A stretch of 52,485 bases of DNA, filler included, from Ionaspis alba (lineage: Eukaryota): NCBI GenBank assembly GCA_964255285.1. It is 2 parts of 2 records of this genome, joined end to end, with 100 filler letters (N's around TTAATTAATTAA, not from the genome) between each part and the next. Parts side by side here need not be neighbours in the genome. Positions count along the whole stretch, not along the records: positions 1 to 26,306 come from CAXUUL010000148.1; 1 more part is not named here. The stretch is one strand, 5' to 3'. The notes below the pieces were generated by a model that had not been told where the DNA came from, made no database searches, and saw only the letters and a list, made by a program, of their open reading frames with translations. Both the position numbers and the translations under genes were made by a program. Below, piece after piece: positions 1 to 10,594 of this stretch; position 1 is the stretch's first letter, and each line of letters opens with the position of its first letter.

Positions 1-224
1 AGGAGTTGTATGACCGAGTGTTTTCGACAGGCGGCAATTCGCTTATATATTCTTACTGTGGTCCAACACCAATTACAATTTGGTTCGTCAAACAATTTAG
101 ATTTTCAGTTGGGCTTGAGACATCTATCTACAGCGTGTAGAGATCGCTCATCTCAGCTACGAGTTATATCATCAAGCTCAGCGACAGCGGTCAGACATCC
201 GACCTGCTCTACCCCTTGACCATC

Positions 225-1556
225 TCATCCCTTGCTTGCAGCTGAAGTCTTGGTCGCACGTTTCTTCTTCTGCCCGCCCGAAGTCCCCCCAGCCTTTCCA
301 ATCTCACCAGTCTCATCTGTAGCCTTGGATTTCTTCTTCTCTTCCTTAACCTTCATCTTCTCATACACCTTCAACGCCTTTGCCGACTCCTTGTTCGCAG
401 CCTCCATCTGCTCCAATGCCTCAGCTAGCGTCTTCGGTTTCTTGTTCGTAGTCTTTGTCTTTTCCTTCTTCTTATCCTCCTCCATTCTCTCCTTCTTATA
501 AGCCTCGATCTTGCGCTGGTTGAGAACCTCCTCCTCGGCAGCGGCCTCGGCTTTCAACACGGCTAACATTGCCTGTTCCTTGGTACGGTACTCCTTCATC
601 TTCTGCTCGCCCAGTCCGCCACGTGGTTGGCCTGGTTCTCGGCTCCCCTTTTCGAGAGCAGGCATGGAGATAAGGGCTGACCAGACCTCGGATACTTCCT
701 TCCTGTCCTTTCCGTAGTCGGCCATGAATTTCTCAAAAGGGAAATGGTTAAGGGCTTCACGCGCCATCATGTGGTACTGCCTTGCAGTCCAGGTTCTGGC
801 ACTCCACGGCTTCCCTTGGACTCGGGTGGTGCTGCCAGAGTTATCAACTGCGGTGGACGAGTCCACTCTGGCTTCGGAGGATGCGTCGTCGAGGCCCGAT
901 GCGATTGTGCTCAACGTGTTTCTCGTGGAGGTATTGGTGACGGAGGTATCAGTGGTTGGAAGAGATTGAAGAGCGCAGGTAGACACTCGTGATTGCTCTG
1001 TGGAGGCGACCGCTTGATCTGACAGATTGTTTGCAGGAGTGGACCGAAGGAGAGCATTCTGATTGGTCTCTGCTCCAATGATCACTTGCGATCCTTCCCC
1101 AGTCCTAATGCTGCGTCGCTTCGATGGTGCCTCCTTTGGCGAGGACGCCCTTTTCTTGCTGTTGGCGACATCGTTCTTGGCGGACTTGTCCTTTACTCAT
1201 ATTTCAGTCCAGAACACAGGAAGTTATTCAGAGGCACTTACCTCAGACGACTTCTCGACCTTTCGGACACTGACGAACTCTAGCTCTGGCGACATTGCAT
1301 GCACAGAGCTCTTCTCACTGACTACCCCAACTGCTCCAACTGCTCCCACCAAGGCCCCCATTGATTCTTTAGCGGCACTGGTAGCTGTGGAAGCCATGCT
1401 AGCAATGGTGTCTCTAATTGCTAGGCGAGGCTGTGGAGGGAAAGAGTGAGATCGAGGTGCTGCGATGTCTTTTGACTGGAACGGAGAGGCGACCGCTGAT
1501 CGAGCTCTGAACGGTGTAGCAGCCGATGCTTCAGTGGTAGTGGGCAGACTTTTCAT
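225..1556 (-). CDS. Hypothetical S/T-rich, Lys/Glu-rich protein with possible Myb/SANT-like helical module (2-exon model 1556-1242, 1190-225)
   Basis: ORFs 1224..1556 and 225..1085 join in phase 0 through an intron 1241-1191 (GTAAGT...AAG): ...VEKSSE|DKSAKND... The C-terminal part has TWTARQYHMMAREALNHFPFEKF and a KE-rich coiled tail. The start codon is uncertain. Confidence 0.55.
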
Positions 1557-1893
1557 CGTCTAACGTAAGGTAGTTTGAGCGAAGTTCTCGCAAGGAGAGT
1601 GAAAGATCAACCGCGAATTGGAACCCTGGAGCTAGTCCGCAATGGGCCGCAGGATGACTGCCGCAGGTCGAGTTCCGCAGTGGTCCGGAAGCTTTGGACG
1701 AAGTGAAAGGCGGTATCACACTTCGGCACGCCTGTCCTCTATCCCTTCAACAATTCACGGCCTGGAACAAGAGACGAAACTATAGACAATAGACTTGATG
1801 ACGAATTTCCTCAGCCGCAATAACAACAGTGCAAGGACAACTTGGCAAGCTTGAAGAAGGGATAAGAGATCATAGATAGGAGACAGAAGATAC

Positions 1894-2454
1894 TTAGATG
1901 ACGCTTCCTACTGCATATTCCCAGCAGGGAGGCTTGTCTTCCATTGTCGTAGCAATACAGTCAAAGACCAAATGACGCTTTGTGATGCAAGCACCCTTGG
2001 CCTGCTCTCCATAGTTAAGGAGGTTGTCGATCCAGACAGAATTCCCCATGTGCTTAAGGCCCATTGTTCCCGGAACCTTCTGATTGGCGACTTAGTGCTC
2101 AATGTAAGAAAAATCAAAAGGGATAGTCATTTAAAGACTGTCTCCGCTGGTCGTGTTAGTTGCTCCAAGGTCTGTGGATATTTCCTGGAGACCAATTTTG
2201 AAGGACTGCTCTTTGGGAGTGTAGAAGGACAAACAATTCTAAGCAGATAAGGAAAACGTAAAGATTGAGACATTAATGTATCTTTCGAACATGAACAATT
2301 GCAAAATGTTAATTTGGTTCCATGAAATAGACCTAGTGTCTAAACAAGTATCTTTGCAGGTCCAGACAAGTAGTATACAACAGTATTGAGATGCTAGAGC
2401 ACGCCGGTCCTTGACACAGAGAGGACATTGCCACCCTCCTCCTTCAACGAACAA
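1894..2454 (-). pseudogene. Possible degraded coding relic (one frame with three in-frame stops)
   Basis: A single minus frame reads ...FSLSA*NCLSFYTPKEQSFKIGLQEIST...GDSL*MTIPFDFSYIEH*VANQKVPGTMGLKHMGNSVWIDNLLNY...CWEYAVGSVI*, with stops at 2241-2239, 2133-2131 and 2094-2092. The antisense frame (1972..2250) is open. No family recognised. Confidence 0.25.
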
Positions 2455-3028
2455 AAATTGTCATTCGCCATGTTCAACAATTTCGAAATGCTTTTGGTTT
2501 GTATAGTAATTTCAAAACATAGGACGGCCTTGTCATGTTATTGAAAGAAAAGAATAAATCACAGGCTCATGACGAACTCTGTCCAAGAGCACATAGGATG
2601 CCTAGGCATGGCTCAATGACATGTATCAATAATCTTCAAGGCTATCATGACTATCCTGACTATTTCATAATACATATCAAGGCAAGTACATCCGTGACAG
2701 ATGTTAGACCAAAAAAGTATATTTGGAGAAATGGGGAAGAGCGTAATCGAGATTTGCGCCTCGTGACTCTTGTCCATCCTTACGAATCTCGATTTTTAGT
2801 GACAAGCCAGTATCAAAAGCATATTCTGCGACCATTGCAAGTCCATCTCGTGAATACTCTATCTAACCATTCCCGTGCCACGAGCGTACTGTGTTGATGG
2901 TTGCTGACTGCAGGACATTGCCGTGCCANNNNNNNNNNNNNNNNNNNNNNNNNNNNNNNNNNNNNNNNNNNNNNNNNNNNNNNNNNNNNNNNNNNNNNNN
3001 NNNNNNNNNNNNNNNNNNNNNNNNNNNN

Positions 3029-3543
3029 AGGTGCCTTGCCGCAGGAGCACACGGTGCGCTCTGGGTGCTGCAGTTTCTGCGACCAACGAAACTCCACAGG
3101 AATCCAACCCCCACAAGTTGTCTCATCCACTCGTTGATTGCGGCAACGCGGTTTTTCCACCCACGCCCGAACAGACTCCGAAGAAAAGCATGAAACGACC
3201 AGCCTCGAATGATTTCGAGGAATCTCCGTTCTATACCACACCAACCAAACGTCGTAGTATCGACAGCAAGACTCCGCACTTAAGACGAATCATCAGAGAG
3301 GATTCGATCCCCAAATTCTCCATTCTCTACCGAGCATCGCCTGCAAGAGGGCAGCAATTGTCAGCGGACGAGCTCAAGAGGGTATGCGAATCTGTTCTGA
3401 GCCAGGTCGACTGGGAAGAGGTGGAAGAGTACACTGCAAGCAACAGAAGTCCAGTTGTGTATCGGAAGGCGTTCAAAGAGATCCTTCAAAAGCAAGTCAG
3501 TGAGAAGTTCCGCGATGAGGAGCGTTGTGACAGTACAGATTGA
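3029..3543 (+). CDS. Hypothetical protein, 5' end in assembly gap; TP/SP-rich with C-terminal Myb/SANT-like helical module
   Basis: Open frame from the gap end to TGA at 3543; PPTPEQTPKKSMKRP and YTTPTKRR motifs, then LSADELKRVCESVLSQVDWEEV...RSPVVYRKAFKEIL. Confidence 0.55.
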
Positions 3544-4588
3544 AGGGAAAGAGACGGTCCGAAGATCATTGGGGGCGAGAAGAGGGGGACTTTGCATGAG
3601 GTATGAGTTCATGAAAAGCAACACCAATATCTGTGATACTATGTAGATGTTTTCCGGTATCGCGCTGCATCATATCCACTCTATCACAGTTAAAAACCTC
3701 CCCCGGGTAGTCCTCATTTGGAAAACCCTCGGCCACATTTCTGTAATGGCCGAGCCAATACAATGACATGAAGGCTTTCCTCTATCGTGACTCGGCATTC
3801 AATTGCGTGTGGCATCACCTATTAGTCAACCTAGGATTCCATAATCCATTTCCCTGTGCTCGACAGAAATGGGATTAGCATCTTTCTTGATTGCACCAAG
3901 CGGCTCAAGCCACTTTGATAAGCTCTTTCACAACAGCTAGTTGCTGTAGTGTTGTTGTGCTCGCCTCTTCGTTGAACCGAGCGGAGACGTTTTGACGGTC
4001 CTGCAGCTACACATTCTTGGATGGTCTTCCTGTCGAATTGGTTTTTGGCTTCAATTCCCTCATCGCATCCATGGCCCCCACAGATCCTCCAAAAGCCAAG
4101 AAAACAAGCGACTGTGTGAACCAATGCTATCACAGAAACAACGATACATTAACGACAGAGGATCACGATTTAGGAAAGTCGAAGAGCACCGGTTTGATCC
4201 GCAGAGGTGTATAATCATTTGGCTGCCTTGCGCCTTGATTAGTTTGTGCCATTCCGCCTTAGTAATCCTTCAGCATGCTTAGTGGTTTCAATACTGCCAC
4301 CCACCACGAGGAGGCATTATTCCACTCATGCAACCCACAGTCATTGCGATGAGACTTCGCAATGCTAGTGTCAATGCTCTAAACGCCTGGACACTATGAA
4401 CCAATGATTGAGAACAGTGAGTCAGCCACTGCAGTCAACCCTGTCGACCAAATGATTGCAGACCTTGCTTTCTGTGCCGCGAGGGGCCGAATCGAAGGCC
4501 ATATATTGTCCTGTTATTCCGGAATTGTGATGAATCTGCAGACAAGATAGGCAATCATAGCACAACAGATCCACAACTTCGAGACACC

Positions 4589-5730
4589 ATGACCAAACTC
4601 ATTGTTATCATTGGCATCACGGGCAATCAGGTTTGCTAAAATCTCATAGGACTCTACGAAACCAAAGACTGACCATCCCCAACAGGGTGGTTCAGTCGCG
4701 GATGTCTTTTTAAAAGAGTCTGGCTGGAATATCCGTGCCATATCCCGCAACCCGGCTAAGGCCAAGGGATGGACCGACAAAGGCGTCGAAGTGGTCAAAG
4801 GCGACCTGGATGACAAGGACTCCTTGATCTCGGCCTTCAAAGGCGCCAATGCTATCTTCGCTGTTACAGATTTCTGGCACCCATTCGGCGATCCATCCAG
4901 CAAGGAGAAGCTGAAGCCTGGCCAAAGCATCAATGAGTATTGCTACGAGCTCGAAGTTCAACAGGGTAAGAAAATCGCCCAGGCCGCAGCTACTGTCGAG
5001 GGATTGGAGAGGTTCATCTTCAGCTCCCTTAGCAAATCCAAGTACTGGAGCAAGGGAAAGTATACCGGGGTCTACCATTTCGACAGCAAGGCGGATGTTG
5101 TCGACTATATCAAACAAGAACTTCCCAAGCTGGCGGAGAAGATGTCGGTTGTGCAGATTGGCATGTTCATGACCAATTGGAAGATGTCGTCTGTCAGGCC
5201 GACCAAGGTCAGTTTACGCATGACGCAGTCCACTCTCTTGTTCTGATGCCAAAGAAAACACAGCAAGCTGACGGAACATTCCGTATCGCGTCTGTTGGTG
5301 CTGGGAATGCCCCAATCCCTCAGATGTACACCCAAAAAGACACAGGCTACTTCGTCCGCGCTCTCATCCAATCGCCGCCTGGTCTAAACGTGCTAGCCTA
5401 CGGATCAATGGAGTCCTGGGAGGAGTACCTCAAGGTATTCTGCAAAGTCCACAACGTCAAATACGGAGGCTACGACGAATTGTCTCTTGAAGATATGGAC
5501 AAGATGATGCCCGGAGGGCTGGGAATGGAGCTTGGGGAGATGTTTGCTTATGTTGCTGAATTCGGATATGATGGTGGTGATCCGAGCATAATATCTGCCA
5601 AGGATGTAAGTCTTGCCCTATCCATGAAGTAGGTAATGAATGGCTAATGTGGTATCAGCTCAAAGTCCCTTGTCCTACCACCTCGCTCGAGGAGTACTTC
5701 AAGATTGACGACTTCTCGTCACTTCTGTGA
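4589..5730 (+). CDS. NmrA-like family NAD(P)-binding Rossmann-fold protein (4 exons: 4589-4630, 4686-5207, 5264-5605, 5659-5730)
   Basis: The spliced start MTKLIVIIGITGNQ|GGSVADVFL is the NmrA-type G-x-T-G-x-Q-G-G-S-V motif; also VVKGDLDD...AFKGANAIFAVTDFW, QGKKIAQAAA and HFDSKA. All three introns are GT-AG and phase-consistent. Confidence 0.93.
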
Positions 5731-6310
5731 AAGAAGCCGAGTAGACGATTTGTACGAATGAAGTAGCTCATCAAATCTTGCATTCGAGATTGTTATCACT
5801 GCCGTGCCCCTTGTGGTGTTTCAGAGAACAGTTTGACAGTCACTAATCTATTCTCGTTCCAACTTTGAGCAAGCAGAGCGATTTTATAAATTGCCTTATA
5901 ATTCGCTCTGAAGTGCCTCCAGCATGGTCTAGGAATATTGGCTCCTGTCCTTTCTTTTCAAGGCATAGCCTCCTCATCCGTCCCCGGTGGGCTCTTTGAG
6001 AGACCAACACTTGAAATGCGAGAACTTCCTTGCGTTTAGAGAACAAAGACTGCGCGCTGTTGCATAGGATCAAGAAAATGTTTGCTCTCCTTCTTACTTC
6101 ACAGCGGACTCCTGCTTTTCAACCTCATTCGATCTCATGCTCTCCTATTGTACTTTCTTGTTTCTTGCAACCTCTTCCCTTTGATGGATGAGCAATACTA
6201 ACTCTGTTTCTTCTCATCCAATTCACGACCAGAAGCTCATTTTCAGTCGTTCCATACCATCATATATCCTCTAGTACTATTTTCTTGCCTCGATATCATC
6301 AGCTCAGCCT

Positions 6311-7273
6311 ATGGGTTCGACAAATTTTCTCGACGACATCTCCACCTTGGTCATGAAAAGCCCACCTGGCAGCAATATTGCATCTTCGCCCACAGCACTA
6401 CCATTGTCTCATCCACCTGCTTTCCTCCCCAAGCGTCGCAACGCACGAACAAGTGTGTCCGTATATACTATGCCCACAAATTCCCTACAACCTCGATACA
6501 TTGATCCCTTTAACATCAACACTTTACCGGAGCCCAACGATGGAGCAAAGCAGAATGCAATTGAATGCAGCCAAGCAGTAATGGCTCTGCCACCGCGTCT
6601 GTCGCAGCCGAGACCAAGACGGCAAGCAGCTGGAGCTGCCAACTACGATCTGCGAGAGGCATGGGGAACTTTCGATCACTTCTTGACAGAAAGTGTCAGT
6701 AGTGATAGTCAATACGACGAAAGTCAATTCGATCGCGCATCGAAACCTAATCCTGAGCTGTTCAAACGGAATTACAGGAAGCGTGAAAGAAGTGAAGCCT
6801 TGAGCGATGATGAGACTCAAAGCGACGTTTACAAGAGCGGAGGCAGCGATTCCAGGAAACGAGGCAAGGGGTTGAGAAAACCTAGGTCGAAGGGCACTGG
6901 ACGCAAAAAGGTGCGGGTGCCCAGGAAGCTGGATAGAGCGGATTTGGAGGTCATCGGCGGGATTGATCGGCCGAAGATATCTGGCCGCAAGAAGAACGAG
7001 AAGGGGAGGTTGACGAATCTGACGAAGGGGCAGGCTAGAACGATGGTGGATTTCCTTCTTGTCAATACTGACTGGCAAGAAGCTACCAGATGCATTAATG
7101 CGGCCTCAATAGTGAATCAACAGCAGGTATCAGTACCTAACGCAGAAGCAAGCACACCGATAGAGCCTTCATGGGCGATTGGAAACTCAGAATGGAGGAA
7201 AACAGCAGACCAGTTGACAAAACACTGGAAAGAGGATCTCAGTTGGCGGTTGGTGGATCTGTATGCAGATTGA
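6311..7273 (+). CDS. Hypothetical basic, low-complexity protein with C-terminal Myb/SANT-like module
   Basis: 320-aa intronless ORF with NLS-like RKRGKGLRKPRSKGTGRKK and C-terminal LTKGQARTMVDFLLVNTDWQEA...KTADQLTKHWKEDL. Confidence 0.65.
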   Translation: MGSTNFLDDISTLVMKSPPGSNIASSPTALPLSHPPAFLPKRRNARTSVSVYTMPTNSLQPRYIDPFNINTLPEPNDGAKQNAIECSQAVMALPPRLSQPRPRRQAAGAANYDLREAWGTFDHFLTESVSSDSQYDESQFDRASKPNPELFKRNYRKRERSEALSDDETQSDVYKSGGSDSRKRGKGLRKPRSKGTGRKKVRVPRKLDRADLEVIGGIDRPKISGRKKNEKGRLTNLTKGQARTMVDFLLVNTDWQEATRCINAASIVNQQQVSVPNAEASTPIEPSWAIGNSEWRKTADQLTKHWKEDLSWRLVDLYAD

Positions 7274-7361
7274 AACGTTTCTCATACCCAGGATTGCCAT
7301 CGCAATGCATCACTGAAGCGCGGCACTGGAGAAACCAACAGGAACAATCAGTTTCCCACTG

Positions 7362-8250
7362 TCAATATTCCCCACCATCAGCTTCCCCAGCATCGTAGTC
7401 CTCACCCGCATCGTCCCCTCCATCATCAAAGTACTGTTCTGCATTGTAGTCCCCAGCCATCTCGTCTTCGTCACTAGCGTACTCGTCGTCCAATTCTTCC
7501 TCTGGGGGTAATTCCTCTTCCTCGAGCAGTTCACCACTTTCATCGTCATCCTCGCCGACGCCAAGTCGATTGAGCGTTTCTCGTGGCTCGCCTGATAGTT
7601 CGCGGTCAAAGGCACTCAAGCCGGTAGGCCTCTTGGACGTCGAGATGAGGAGTCTCTTGGTCTTTGAAGTACTCGCAGCCCCATTGGCAGTGTCTTGGGA
7701 AGGATCGAGAGTAGACCAAAGTTCGTTGGGGAAAAACTTCAGAACTAAGGCTATTTTCAGCTATTGCGTCCAGCCATTCCGTAGAATTGTTTACCATAAG
7801 GCCTCGTATCAAGCTTCGGCAGCCTCCTCCGCTTCCTCGTATATCGCTGACCATATGTCGGCATGCCCTCGAAAGGATCAAACTGTGCTGCAGCCGTGTT
7901 CCCTCGATCCGCATTCTTGTCGACTCTCACATTGTTCCCAAGCACCGTGTATAGCGGGCCTTCGTGGATGCGATCCCGCAGCGTTCGGAACCTTGCGACC
8001 TGGATCCTCTCTTCCTTAGAGAGAGGTCTGGGTGGAATGTTTCTCTGAATCTTCTTCTACATCACTCAGCTCGCGCATTGAACGTCCGCTCAGCCAGACT
8101 CACAGGGAATAGCGCGGTTGGTTGCGGCCGATCGCTGATCACGATGTCCTGGTCAAAAGGAATGTCGACTCCAGCTATCCTTGCTGTTCCTGGTGGTCCT
8201 CGGCCGCGACCGCCAGCAGCACTGCCTCCTCGCCCTCGCCCACGTGACAT
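7362..8250 (-). CDS. RPC31: DNA-directed RNA polymerase III subunit C31 (RPC7/RPC31), 3 exons
   Basis: N-terminal MSRGRGRGG, PTALFP, RIHEGPLYT, DPFEGMPTYGQRY...LPKLDTRPY|VLKFFPNELWSTL, and the acidic tail EDEMAGDYNAEQYFDDG typical of Rpc31. GT donors at 8103 and ~7793. Confidence 0.9.
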
Positions 8251-9166
8251 TCTGAGAGACACGGTGTGATAAAGTCGTTCTCCATAACCTTGCTGAGAAG
8301 TTGACTGTGCAATACGAAGGAGCTCTGACTTGAGGGCATTCTAGATAGTACTACTTGTACAGGCATACTACATCACGCCTAGCTCGGAAAGCCAAGGCTT
8401 CAACCTCAGTCTCAAGTCCGATGCAATGGACGTCTCCGGTTCCGGACTAATGGCATATATAAAACCACACTTTTGCACTACGAAGGCAAACAAAGTAACT
8501 TGGGGGCTCCTAAAGTTTGCATCACTGATAACTAGACAGCTCAAGCAGCGCCATAGCGCCTTTGACTGCAGTCTTGGCTGAGCCAGACTGCGAAGTTCTG
8601 CTTCGGTTCTAGTGAAGATCATTGTTTAGCTTTGCTAGATTATAATGCTTCTCGACTTTGGCCTAGCTTTGGGGGTAGCTTTGATCCTGGCTCTCTGAAA
8701 GCCTACATCTTCAAAGCTGGATCAACTTTGCATGCCGAGCGATCCGGCTCTGACCGAAAACGTCGTAAACCATGTTGTTCCTCTTCTATTGGCTTGGTTA
8801 TTTCAAAGAACCGCGAAGGAAGGCTCATTGGTCGAACAACGATAAGTAGAGAGCGTCTCTTTATTCGAATCACCATTTACCTCTTTAGTTGCTCATATGG
8901 GCCGCTTGCATCTCAGGTCTGTGTCCTATGTGCGTTGTACTCTGGTCCTGTTCATTGACTGCTTCCGTTTCCGTCCATTTACCTTTGATGTAGATACTCT
9001 CATTGGGTGGCATCCTTTTCATTGTTCGAAGTCTTATATGTATCTGAGTCCGTGACCTCGGTCGTGGTGTAGCAGCATTCTCGTGGCTTTACACTTTCTC
9101 ATAGATTCACTCTCGACTTGACACTTGTACCTTGACACTTGTAACGAGTGCAATACTTGAGCAAAG

Positions 9167-10251
9167 ATGGTTTACCAGTAGGCATTCATATGCTCCTGCT
9201 ACCACTCGAACTTTGCAAACTGACTTGGTGTAGACACATGGACCCTCCGGTTGGCGAATCCGTTAAAATAACCAATCGCTGGAATATGGGGACTATGTAT
9301 ATCTGCGAAGAGGTTGGCGATAACGTACCGGCAGATGCCGTCGTGACCTGGAAAGATGGAGACTGGACCTTTTGCCTTCGTCCACAGAACCCACCACTTA
9401 CTTCACCAGCTCGGGGAAACCCAGCGATCGGTAAGGGCGAATGGCATAGTACCTTTACCACAGTTTGGGAGATTGGTAATCAGGCGTTCTGTAAAGTGAA
9501 AGCCTGGGACGAGAGGATGCAGATGGAAGGGAGAACCATCGCTTTCGTCAAAGAGAAGTGTCCGGATATACCCGTACCGGAGGTGATATACGAGTGGGTG
9601 GATCATGCCTGGACTCGCACGTTCCTTATAACAAGACGAGTGCCTGGGGAACGGTTGGATTTAGTGTGGCCAAAGCTATCGTCCACGCAAAAAATTGGTC
9701 TTGCCAAAGAAGTCGCACAACATGCCAAAGCTCTTTCACAATACACTTCGTCATTCATTGAGATGGTCGAGGGAAAGCCAATCACGGATCAAGGTGCCCT
9801 ACATTCATGGAGAATGAAAAAAACCTGGCCTTCTTGGAAACCGATAGTCCATCCGCGTCATACACGAGAAACTTTCATGAAGTTCCTCCTCGATACATCC
9901 GGCGTGGAAGCTCCTGACACTGGAGATCAATTCTTTCTCTACCATCCAGACATGAATCCCGTGAATCTGTTTGTTCATCCTCCGTCAAACACGAATGAGG
10001 AGGCGCGCCTTGCATCAATCATCGATTGGGAGCATGCAGCTTACTTTCCACGCTACTGGATCGCTACTATGCCACATGTCCTTCCGACTTTTGCAGAGAA
10101 CTTCCGGCCCAATGAAAATGCATGGGGGCATCATCTCTATGTTGAACTCGAGAAACTAGGTTTCGAATCGGAAGGTGAGTGGTACAATAATTATGCAGAT
10201 TCCCAACTACAGGCACAGCTCGCGGAGGACCCACCTGAAGCTTGGAAGTAG
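9167..10251 (+). CDS. Aminoglycoside phosphotransferase (APH)/protein-kinase-like family protein (exons 9167-9177, 9234-10251)
   Basis: EGRTIAFVKEKCPDIPVPEV, RRVPGERLDLVW, catalytic-loop HPDMNPVNL and metal-binding IIDWEHAAYFPRYW. Intron 9178-9233 (GTAGGC...CTGAC...TAG) gives MVYQHMDPP in frame. Confidence 0.85.
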
Positions 10252-10297
10252 TGCCCCAGCACAGTGGACCCCATAGTTCTAGCAATTAAAGGACAAT

Positions 10298-10594
10298 TAT
10301 GCTGCACCACGGTGTGGGTTGATTTGGGTTTTACCCCCTTCGACCCACCCCAGACTGGGTCGGGTTATAGGTTGGGTTTTATTAATTGGGTCGGGTTTTT
10401 ATGGGTTATTTTACAAAATCTTTAAAACAACGAATTTATTATTATAATGACTATTATAATCTCGGTAATTTTGATAGGTTTCAACCCATATTTATAAGTT
10501 GGGTTATAAGCTACCAAAACCAAACCCAGACTCAATTCAATACGTAAACCCACCCCGAACCCACTGGATAAAACCCAACCCGTGGTGCAGCGTA
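10298..10594. mobile_element. MITE-like non-autonomous DNA transposon (297 bp)
   Basis: Terminal inverted repeats TATGCTGCACCACGG (10298-10312) and CCGTGGTGCAGCGTA (10580-10594) match 14/15. Many internal GGGTT/GGGTCGGGTT and AACCC motifs, AT-rich core, no coding capacity. Confidence 0.75.

Noticed and set aside
3831..4282. Short overlapping ORFs between the orphan gene and NmrA
   Set aside because: All 100 aa or less, with no motifs or consistent splice model.
10316..10580. GGGTT/AACCC arrays as interstitial telomere
   Set aside because: Not tandem TTAGGG; the motifs are dispersed, inverted between the arms and bounded by TIRs, which fits a MITE better.
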